A stretch of DNA of 59,921 nucleotides, counting the filler, from Gonapodya sp. JEL0774 (lineage: Eukaryota): the NCBI GenBank assembly GCA_027604505.1. It is 2 parts of 2 records of this genome, joined end to end, with 100 filler letters (N's around TTAATTAATTAA, not from the genome) between each part and the next. Parts side by side here need not be neighbours in the genome. Positions count along the whole stretch, not along the records: positions 30,066 to 59,921 come from JADIIX010000207.1; 1 more part is not named here. One strand, 5' to 3'. Positions 49,941 through 59,921 of the stretch are shown here, one piece after another (the first letter of the stretch is position 1; each line of letters starts with the position of its first letter). The notes below the pieces were generated by a model that was not told the DNA's origin, did no database searches, and worked only from the letters and a program-made list of their open reading frames with translations. The translations under genes and the position numbers were made by a program.

Positions 49941-51250
49941 CTACACCCCCCCGACCCAGGCACCCACCACCACACCAACCACTCCCCCGAACACCGCATT
50001 TGCCGCCCTCAGTCCTGGTAAAACGCTCGGTCTATCTTCCCAATTCACCTCCCCAGCGACGGCAGGTACAACGAGGCCAATCAGGAGAAATGTGGGTACG
50101 GAGATGGTGGGGTAGGGAAACTGAGGGCGGAGGAGCCGGTAGAGGTGGAGGAGGGTAAAGGCCTTGAAGACAGATGTTGGAGATGGGAGGTGCCGTTAGT
50201 TCGACTGAGTGTGTGTTGAGGACAACAGCGAGAGCGAAGGGAGAAGCCACTGTGCTCGAATCGGCTACACAAAACGCTTTCACACCGCACACACTAACGT
50301 AAACAAGGCATCACGACTCTGCAGCTGGTTATGCCTCCTTCGCATCTCTAATTGGGGATCACGTAACATGAAACCTTGAGGGGCATACCTTCATCACCCG
50401 CATACGACTCCCGGGCTCTCACCCACGATCTCCTTTCAAATTTGCGCATTGCACTGTATTGCGCCGCACGCAACCCATCCAGCACTGAAACTCTGTGTCC
50501 TCTACACCTTCTCGCCCACCGAACCTTCAACATGACTGCTTCGTCCCCGAGAGTTAAGCCAGCACGTCCCCTGTAATTTTCAAAGACCTGTTCCACAAGC
50601 TCGCGTAAATCCTTTCCATTATCCTCCAAGCACAGCGCGACCAAATGCCGACGTCCACATCGACCAAGTTCCCCGCTTCTGATTATATCACACCATATTC
50701 CGTCCCCCAGTTCACAACGCATCAATCTCTCTCGGCAATCTAGCTGCATCCCTCCGAGACCCCGTAATCCGTGCCGCTATGAACCGACCTTCAATCCATC
50801 CAACGCTACCGAAGAGATCATCTTAACTGTATAATCTCTGGGTTCCGGATGGCCCGTGAGATATTTCGGGTCATTTTTGTCCTAATGAGATGGGAGGAGT
50901 GAAGAAGTGGCATGGAGGAGAGTGGAGTGAGCACATTCCTCGGCTGTGGACTGTTGGAGACATTGGAAGTACAGACCTTTCGCATTGCTTTGAGCCATTT
51001 TTCGGCAAAAAAAGGGCCGTAGAAAACAAAACCAGTGAGTGTTTGTGCGACAGTTGCAGAAGCTGAAGAAGGGAAAGAAGGGGTGACGGACGCGAGAATG
51101 GAGTGGGCGACCAGGAAGAAAATTGACGGGATGGCGTGATGCAGAGATTGAGAGATGCGTATGATGCCGAGGGAGGAGAGTGTGAGTGCCGGTGAGTGGT
51201 GATGGCAACCGGGCAACACGTCGCAGTTCAGAGGTGAGGGTGAAGAACAT
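49941..51250 (-). CDS. Small membrane protein, DUF1761-like
   Basis: ATVAQTLTGFVFYGPFFAEKWLKAMRK|DKNDPKY..SSVALDGLK|AFTLLHLYRLL..FLLIGLVVPAVAGEVNWEDRP..VVVGAWVGGV*. Intron 50788-50163; start uncertain. Confidence 0.65.
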
Positions 51251-51851
51251 CGGTGAGAGGCGCACGCGAATTCTCCGCGGGCGCGTTCAAATCCACACAC
51301 CGACGGCAAGCGGTGTCACAGCGAATGAGCTCATTTGGTATGCGGAATTGAAGGTTGAATGGAGCTGCTTCCGATGAAGGAAGATCGGGATCTTCCCACC
51401 GTTCTGTGGTCATCGCAACAAAACAAGAATAATATCTTGTTCCTGTCGCTGGTGAGTACAACTGCACACTGACCACAAGTCTTCAACTCAAGCGCCAGGG
51501 AGTGTATATGATTGAGTTGATGTGTGGAACCTATGATTTAGTTGTGATGGTGGATTGAGCTGATCATCCTTTTCACCCGCAGATTTGTCAGCAAATATAT
51601 ACCTGGTTGATGGAATATCAATTCAAAAATGGGGTATATATATGCTGTCTGCCGTTGGATGGACGGTTTTCGCAACAGCTGCTAACCTCCTCCAGCCCTG
51701 ACGCCTACGTGCAAAAGATCGCCTGCGACAGTAGTCCACGACACGGTAATGAAAACAATGATCGGGGTCCAAAACTAGTCTGGGAACTTTAGGGGACCTC
51801 TTGCAGAGGTATTTCGCACAAATATACGTACAACAGGATCTACGGGTTTTG

Positions 51852-54246
51852 CTACACACCACCAAACTTATCAGCTGATCGCACGAGCCGGTCGCGGATT
51901 CCTGGCTCCTTGGCAGAGTGGCCACAGTCTTGAAGCTTGAGATGGATGTGCGAAGAGGGGTAAAACCCAGAAGGTGAGCAAACGACAGCAGAACACATAG
52001 TTGCCTGTCTCACTATCTCGAGAAGGAGAATCATCCCCCGACGCAATTATAATACGCATAAACGACGAAGCCAAGTACTTACCCAATAAAACTCCGCTTC
52101 GGGCCAAGCCCGGTGCAAATCCCATGCGGATTTCGGAGGACAAACGACATCGTATCGACCCTTCCGGACATAGTTTGTCAGGGGAGTGAGGTTGAGTGTC
52201 GCACACCAGATGACGGTGAGAGTGATGATTTCATTTGCAAATAGAGAAATCCATATCAAACATCAGGAGTGGGGGGTAAGAGGTGGTGTCAGGAATCCAC
52301 GAGTCTGTCGCCATACACGAGACATATCCGATCCCAACAACTGAAACACCTATCCCCGACCCATCCCTTTACTAGACATACCTGCACAATCACCGCGGGC
52401 ACGTGTCTTATTCTCTCTATGTTATCCAGTATCCAGGAGTCCGTGCGACTTCCCGGAAAGAATCCTTGGTGGTGAAAGTAGTGGCATTCAATCCCTTGAG
52501 GGTAGGTGGTATGTTTGAGCACCGTGAATGATAGGAGGCGGGGTGGTGGGGAATATGTTGGCGGGTCAGATAGTTGCAACCTTGCTCCTCCCGAATCGCC
52601 ACCCCACTTCACACTTCGACGTTTCAACCTGCGCGGTTCCATCCTCATGCCATTTACCGCGTCAGCAATGAGTCGACAGGCCGCGTGGCTCAAAGATTAA
52701 CCTGTGCGAAAGCCGTGGAGGCGCCACCCTCGTGATTCCACAACGTACACCGAGTCGGCATCTCACCGCGACTTCTCGCCCGCACAACACACCCAAAAAA
52801 ATACTTACTCGAAAATGCCATAGCCCAGGCTGGATTCTCCGCCTTTGCGACCAACCCAGCATCCACCACAAGCCTACTGGTCCCACATTCCCACCCGGCC
52901 CACCTCTTCGCTGCTTCCTTCTTCTCCTCTTCAATTACACCGGTAAGTCGCTTATAATACGCCCCGACGACGTTGTCCCGTTCGTTCTCCGGGATGAACT
53001 CCAAGTACGGCTCGAAGGCGTCAGGGTAAATGTGTTGGGCACCGCCAGGTTCGTAAAACCATGTGATTTCAGAGGGGCGCAGGAGGAATATGCCACGTAA
53101 AGTCAAGGAAAGGACTCGGGTAGGATGGGTGATGGCATACGCCAGAGCGAGTGTTGAGCCCCAAGAGCCACCAAACACGTGCCAGCTGTAGGAGGAAGGA
53201 AGAGGTTGGAGAATTGGGTGAATGGTTCCGCTTACTGGTCAAGCGGGTGGTAGCTCATAACTGCGCGGTTCAATTCAACCCCCACAAACGAGCAGTTCGT
53301 TACATCTATTCCGTCCAACCTGCTACCACACGTCCGCACTTTGCTCACAACACTACGACCGGTCAGCTTCTTTTACACACTTGACGCCATCCAACCCCAC
53401 TCACTTCTATCCTTGGAAACAAGCGCTACAAACACACCGCTCATATCGCCCAAACACCATTCAAATGTCACCCACCTCCCCACCCCTAAGGCTACCCTCA
53501 CCCTCTCCATGTCTTCAACCAGTCTCCACGTATCATTTTCCCTTAACTCTGCCGGTGGCGTTGACCGACCAGAACCGCGTTGGTCGATGAGAATGCTGCG
53601 ATAGGCAGTTGGGTGGAAAAAACGTCGATCATCGGGGCCACATCCGCCACCAGGACCACCCTGGACGGGACAAGGGGAGGAAATGAGAGTGAGGTATTGC
53701 GTCACAAGAGGAATGGGTGGTCTCACGTGTACGAAGACTACTGGGAGGCCTATGAGAGAAGGGAGCAACAGGCAAAGCAATATTAGAGTTCAAAATGAAA
53801 GGCTATTATAGCGAGTATTAGCAAGGTTCAATGCAATTGAATGTGGCTTGGGCTCATGTGTCGTGCCCGATTGGAGAGCTGCATTACCGGTCAGAGAGCC
53901 CGGAAATCAACTCTTTGTGTCTCAGCTGACAGTAGATCGTAAAAAAATGGAAGAAATACCAGCGCGCCGGGTTCCATTGGCTGCAGCGACCTTCACCAAT
54001 CGGGACACCGTTCAAATCCAACTATACGGACACCGTATGACACCCACCATTTGGATTTCCACACTCCTCTACATAGAGTGTATGAATCTCCGAGACTTTA
54101 ATGTGGTGTACCGCGTATGGTTCTATTGGGGGGTACAGATCGCGGAGCTCCGGGCTTGAGGAGAAACCAGTTTGGGGAGCCGGCGGTGAGCGAGACGTTC
54201 CTGGTAAACGGGAGCTGGTGACAGTAGATGATTCAGAAGCAGACAT
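51852..54246 (-). CDS. pip: Proline iminopeptidase (peptidase S33, alpha/beta hydrolase)
   Basis: LYPPIEPY, LYVEECGNPNG, VFVH|GGPGGG, DQRGSGRSTP, VFGGSWGSTLALAYA, LRGIFL, IECHYF, QGRYDVVCP, GHSAKEPGI. Confidence 0.93.
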
Positions 54247-54544
54247 CTTTCAGGAGTGGGTTGCTCAGAATTGGGACGAAGTGGGTTGATGATGCCTGAT
54301 CAGCTGCCAAAGTCCATACACCAGAAACCCGAACATGCACCTTTTTTCAATAATTCATGATCCGTTTCAACCAAAGGACAAACCAGAGTACAAAGGTTGG
54401 ATATTCCTTAAAACATTCTCAAAATGCCCTAGGGTTCTCTGCCGTTCAGGATTTTTGTCGGGGCGAGCTCGACAGATGTTCGGGGAGGAGGGTCGATTTT
54501 GTTGTGAAGTGAGCACTCTTGTTCCGTCCCACACATATTAATTA

Positions 54545-57080
54545 GGGTTCGTTTAATCGCTCGATTTCCACTCGGTTTTGCTCGGTTTCCGCCGGGTTTT
54601 TCGTGTAACGTGTTTAGTTGGTCAGTTCGAGCTGAGCAAAAACCGAGTTTGTGTTTGATTGCTTGGTTTTTGACTGAGCTTGGTGCACACTGAGACCAAC
54701 CACCCAATAGGAAGAAACCGAGTTTTTCAGATTGACCTCCAGAGCACAATGTCTTCACGCCGAGTTCAATCACTATATCATTACCATAGTGATTTGGAGC
54801 CATCAATACATCACACCACGCACCAATTGCTTGTCTATCTCTCCAATGGCATCAGCATTCTCTCTCAAGCAGTCCAAGCACCTCCTCAATCTCGTTCAGG
54901 AAGTTTGAGGGTGGAAAAACGCCCCCAAGAACGTGTTCAATCAACATCAATGGAATCATGTGATCCCAAAGATGAAATCAAAGTACCCAGTTTTGAGAAA
55001 CGGCCCCAATCATCGTTCATGAACCTTGAGGCCCGAATCAAGAAGAAATACAAAGCTGTCACCTACGCTTGGGAGGAGAGTGGATTTGGATGGAATAGCA
55101 CAGACTTTTCATCACTGCAGCAGAAGGGGTCTGGGATTGTTTGAAGACTGAGGTGGGTGAGAACTGAGACTTGCAAGAGTCTGTATGCAAAAGTTTCAAT
55201 CCATGGATATTCCGCTTCATGCACCATTGAAATCACCAGAACAAGAAGAAGTGGGACAGCTACTATCCACTCCGAACACCTGGCCATTATATCCCAAGGC
55301 AGTGGCAGTCTGCTCTGGTCAGGGCACACGTGGTGGGGATGTCAAACCCAGTGAACGTCCAGATAATTCTGACCATGATGACACAGATCTAGAAGATGAT
55401 GAAGGTGAGGTAGAGACTTGATGATGATCTGGAAATAGTTATCAGTCACTCATTCGCAAGGTTTGGCAGAATCTTGTAGGGATCTTGAATCAACTCCACC
55501 TGTTGTACCTGTGCGTCTGGGTACTTCTGCTTCTGACTCAGAACAGCCTCCTGTGCCAATGCCAAAGTGTTGTTGTCGCGGATCAGATGCCACAAGCATA
55601 GCCAGCAACTGACAGTCCCTTGGAATTCAGCACAGTGAGAACGCAAGGTCCCCAGCGCACTCACCAGCTATAGGAATCTTGCATCTTCTGTGGAAAGCAC
55701 ACCCCAAGCCTTTGCCAGGTTTGCTGAAGAACCTCTGCAGCAGAAGCAAGCCCAAATACCCACCCCATACAAGCAGGTTCCGGAACTTGTGGAGGAGGAC
55801 AGATGGGATCCAGCAAACCTTGCCTACCTGTCCATGCTTTTTGAGAACAACAGGGTGGCAATGGCATATACCACATTCAAGAATAAGGATGCCCATATCC
55901 GTATGGTTGGGGAACGTGCGAAGGCTGCTAGACCAATTGGAAGCAACAGCAGTCTTTCGAGGGCCCTCCTGCTCCCCCTATTCCTCAACAAGGTGCTTTT
56001 CAGTATGGAGATGCAGGAAATGGTAAAGAAGCTAGTTGGAATTACCATGGCCACTGGAAAGAGTGGGTTTTAACACAGCAGTCTGCTTCAGTGCTGAATT
56101 GTGATGGACTTTTTTGGGGGAGATGAAGTAAAATCAGAGCACAAAGGAGCTCTTAATCTAAAAATTTAGAAGAACGGGTTTTCGTAGTTGCGTGTGGAAA
56201 ATGTGTGGTCCAGAATCAAGATTGATTATGTTTTGGACCAAGCCGATGAAAGTCAAACAAGCCATCATGGAAAATAAATTATCGGCAGTTCTACAATGGT
56301 AAATACTCCAAAAAGGTCTAGCGCCGGCAATGGCGTGCAAGTGTGCAAGGCCTAGATACATACTGCACCCACATCCATTCAGCGATCTCGTCCAGCTTTC
56401 TGGCCATGTCATCCCCCGCCACTAAATCATCTCCATTTGGGTCATCCTCCTGTCCATAACCATTTTCCTCTCCCTTTGCACGGTCATACTCTTGTTCAAT
56501 CCCATCCTCCCCTTTACCGGCATTGATAATGAACTTGTGGAGAACACAGCACGCCACCACAACCTTCACCTGTGTTGCAATATTGTACTGGGTCCCCAGA
56601 CAGAGAATGGGGAATTGCTTCTTGAGGACACCAAAAGGTACGCTCAACAATGCTTGGAAGAGAAGCATGGTGATGGTTGAGTAGTTCCCTAGCATTTTGT
56701 GGCCTGAACGTAAAGAGCAAAAGTCAGGACTACACAAATTTGAGCTGACTGTATGTGAGGACTTACGTGAGGTCACCATCTCCCCATTCCTTCAGGTGAT
56801 ATCAGACACTGCAATATGGGGCATAACAATCAAGTCCGCAGCAAATCCAGCATTGCCTAAATAAAATTTATCTGTCATGCAGTGAAATCCATGTGCTCTT
56901 GCACTTTGGTAGATGATCCCATCAGGTGAGCACATACAGAAAATGTCTGTCAAAGTCCACAAAACCCAGCACATTCTGTGTTAATCCACTCTTCCTTGAA
57001 TGCCATGGACCTGCTGCTGCCTCTGGTACGTTAATTGGTATGTGAGTCCTATCCAGTGCCCCTAGACAACTGCCAATATA
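54545..57080. mobile_element. Degenerate PIF/Harbinger DNA transposon 1 (left end, Myb/SANT-like ORF on +, DDE transposase on -)
   Basis: TTA followed by a TIR-like GGGTTCGTTTAA with subterminal CTCGGTTT/AAACCGAG repeats; KKKYKAV..ESGFGWN at about 55040; transposase relics CLGALDRTHIPI, TQNVLG, FYLGNAGF, IVERTF/FGVLKKQFPIL, VVACCVLH with frameshifts and stops. Confidence 0.8.
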
Positions 57081-57129
57081 TCCCCCCATCTCCCTCCCTA
57101 ATGATGGGGTGATCTTGTACGGAGAGACT

Positions 57130-59113
57130 CACCCCAGCTGAGCTATCATGGTACTGCAGCGCCATTTCGAATGCTTGCACTCCTACAGACTCTGTATTTG
57201 GATTTGTAGATGGGACACTACGCGAGATAACACTCCCAGGAACAAATTAACTGCTCTACTACAACAGTCACAAATGCTTGGACGGTCTGAAATAAACATT
57301 GATCATCTTCCCAAATGGTCTTGTATGCTCAACAGGTCCATTTGTGGGCCAGTATCACAACATCACAATTTGGAGGGACAGTGGAATGGAAGAACAGCTT
57401 GCAGTTCATGGTGAGTGCGCAGTTAAGTGTTTTGCTGTCACGCAAGTATGTGCTCACCTGTTCGAGAAGCCTTCAATTCAAACAGCTAATAGATCTTTGT
57501 TTACAGTGACCCTGCCTATATTGCGTCCCCTGTTGTCATGACAACAATACGCCTTCCTTTCAACCCAGAGGAGCTGGAATTCAACAAGATCATGAGTGGT
57601 GTGCGGATTGCAATGGAGTGGGGGGTTTGCAAAGATTTGCAGTATGTGGGCATTCTTAGACTTTGCACCAAATTTAAAATCTGGATTGCAGCCAGTTGGG
57701 GCCTACTATGTAGTTGTCGCTCTTCTCTCAAACTGTCACACGTGTTTGTATGGTCACCAAGTTGCTGATAAGTTTATGTTAGTACCCCTGTCTCCTGAGG
57801 AGTATTTGCATGTAGAGGACAATTAATAAAATGTTTAGTATGTTGAGAACTGTCCAGCAGGTGGTAAAGTGATAGTTCCTGAAGCTGGCAGGACAAAGTG
57901 CTTGGCATCGTGGTGTCTGCAGCTGGAACGAATATTTGCGATTGTTTGGAACACAAGGGCATAAGAGGGCGTTCTGTATTCAGAGCTCATACAAGAAACT
58001 ACAGTAGTTTGGGCACTGCTGGTAGCCTTTCTAACAACGTCATCATGTGATCCTTGTTCTTCTGCATCACGCATTTCTCTTGCCTCCCTGACCTTCTCTC
58101 TCTCCTTCTTCTCAAATTCAAACATCTGCCTCTCCAAGCCAATCCTGTTCTGTTGCAGCTTCATGTGCTCCCACTGCAGGTCCAGAAAAGAAGTTGATGC
58201 TTCCTGCATATTTGCCGTAGACCCTGTGATCTCTTTCATCATCTCCATGTTTGACTCGTTGATGGACATGTACAACTTATTGAGGTCCAAGAGTCCTAAT
58301 GCTATATTGCACCTTGTGCCACTGGAGTTCCGCTCATTTAGGTTCCGCGTGCCGTTGTCGACACCTTCTGGCAGGGATTCATCGGGGTCTGTACTCTCAC
58401 TGCCATCCTGCTTCTGTGTGTATGTGGTCTCATCTTGGAGACACTGGAGAGAGTCCTTGGGAGCACCTGCCAACAAAACAATGAGACACAAAGCAACCAA
58501 AAGCACTGATCAGCCTTAACAGAGCTGCGTATTCATTACTTACGAATAGAATCTGCATCGTCCTTTGCCTTGCGTGCTTGCTCCAGTTGCACCTTGTTAT
58601 CCTTCCATTCCTTCCAGTGTTCATTCTGGCCAGGAGCTCAGGTGAGACAATACACAGGACCAAATTCAACGCAAGAACGCACAAGCTGTTTAAAATCCTC
58701 AAGAAGAGCATCAAGCTGCGACTCCTCAGGTTCCTCCTCTCCAGAATCCTTCTTGGCTTGCGCTTGCTTCTTCTTGTACGAGCTGAATATCTTGTTGAAA
58801 TGAGCCTGCGCAGACTTGATGGTGGGCATTCTCCCCATGCAAGCTCCTTTGTAGTCTTTCCTACCGCCTTCCTAGCCAGCAGGAAGGAGAGCAACACTGC
58901 AACAGCAGCACTCCCAACATGGGGGATAGGGCGGTACAGATTGGGTTTCAGTCCCACCTCCCAGACTACAGCCTTTAAGGCCGCTTGCACAAGCAGAATA
59001 TAATTTGCCCCATTGATATCAAATCTCCATTGCAACTTTCTCTTTTTCTGCTCTGGTTGATTGGACCCTTCATCCACATGCTTGTCATCCCCATCTCTGT
59101 CATTTCCAGACAC
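57130..59113. mobile_element. Degenerate PIF/Harbinger-type element 2 (DDE transposase on +, convergent partner ORF on -)
   Basis: FGFVDGTLR, YNSHK, IIFPNGL..GPFVGQYHN..DSG, DPAY, FNKIMSGVRIAMEWG, WAFLDF..YYVVVALLSNCHTCLYG; convergent coiled-coil-rich ORF fragments 57835-59113. Confidence 0.78.
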
Positions 59114-59653
59114 AGGGGGAGCTCACTTCAGAGCATCACTCATTTTTCTTTCACATGTTCGTATTTTGCATGAAGATGGAGCTTCTGGTGCCACTGAAAC
59201 ACAAGAAACTCACCTAGAAAGGTCTCAAGGTTCCAATTCACTTGTGTATGGTGCTCAAATCCCGTCTGTGGCACCTCTGATTTCCCGAAGATAATCAAAA
59301 TACAAGTGAGAAGCAACCTAGAAGCTGATCTAATCCATATGAGTAATGGATGCTCCCATTTGATGTGAAATGGACGTTGCCAGAAACTCACGAAAACCCA
59401 AGGGAACCACTGCTACGTTACTCAAATCTTAAAGCGAACAATGATGCCAGCGCAGGAACAAAAATTTAGGGATCAGGGACAACTTTTAGTGTTTCCTTGT
59501 AGATTGGGTGGTACAAGGAAACTTTGCCAACTGTTTTCTGTGTGGAGCACTGCCACAAGTAATGTGCAGATACAAGAAAATATCTACATGGAAACCTGAA
59601 CAGCACAAACTCCCTAATATCACATGTACAACTATCCACCTGGTTATTATGAA

Positions 59654-59797
59654 CACCACAGCCGGTCTTTGCCTTTTTGCACAAGCCCCAGAGATGAAGA
59701 TTGGCCCCACACAGCAACATTGGGACTGGTCACCACAGCCAGTCTTCGCCTTTTTGCACAAGCCCCAGGATGAAGATTGGCCCAACACAGCAACATT
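59654..59797 (+). repeat. Tandem duplication, 77-nt period
   Basis: caccacagcc..gcctttttgcacaagcccca..gatgaagattggccc..acacagcaacatt at 59654 and again at 59731. Confidence 0.85.
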
Positions 59798-59921
59798 CCC
59801 CAAACACAGGACTGGTTGCTTGTCTGGCCATGGTGTGCCGCATGGGTTTAATTTGCTTGCAGTGCTCATAAGGCAATGTGTGACACGTCTGGAAACTAAT
59901 AAAGTGGCCTTAAGTGCCATT

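Noticed and set aside
50163..50788. TPP riboswitch in the long intron
   Set aside because: The conserved CUGAGA and downstream GAUC...AAU...GCG core could not be found on the sense strand.
51852..54246. Proline iminopeptidase as a recent horizontal transfer
   Set aside because: The family is widespread in eukaryotes and the gene has many introns; nothing in the sequence alone supports recent transfer.

Overview
Eukaryotic, intron-rich genomic DNA with short GT-AG introns of about 55-80 nt. Gene content suggests a fungus, plausibly an early-diverging chytrid-like lineage (inference only). Positions 1-29.5 kb are gene-dense: a spliced bacterial/plant-type arginine decarboxylase (SpeA/ADC), PIF1 helicase, NDUFB8, a KDM5/JARID1 demethylase, a B-type-like cyclin, a PMT4-like O-mannosyltransferase with a duplicated MIR domain, an orphan gene, a two-finger CCCH protein, RPL36 and a small secreted Cys-rich protein that the ORF track only partly shows. 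An assembly gap with an artificial linker (29966-30065) lies inside an LTR-like element and is followed by about 8 kb of CpG-depleted degenerate repeats. Positions 39-54 kb hold tRNA-Ile(AAT), TSR3, two tandem 2OG-Fe(II) oxygenases, two tandem DUF2985-like membrane proteins, a DUF1761-like gene and proline iminopeptidase. The window ends in adjacent or nested degenerate PIF/Harbinger transposons. The best candidate for a new system is a 19-codon uORF ahead of the ADC gene (MPITSDWTRYNARIPFYPS-stop). It ends in Pro-Ser-stop and resembles the polyamine-sensing uCC peptide of ODC/AZIN1 mRNAs, which suggests an ADC, an enzyme atypical for fungi, under eukaryotic eIF5A/polyamine translational feedback. 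All exon models were built by eye; no searches were run.
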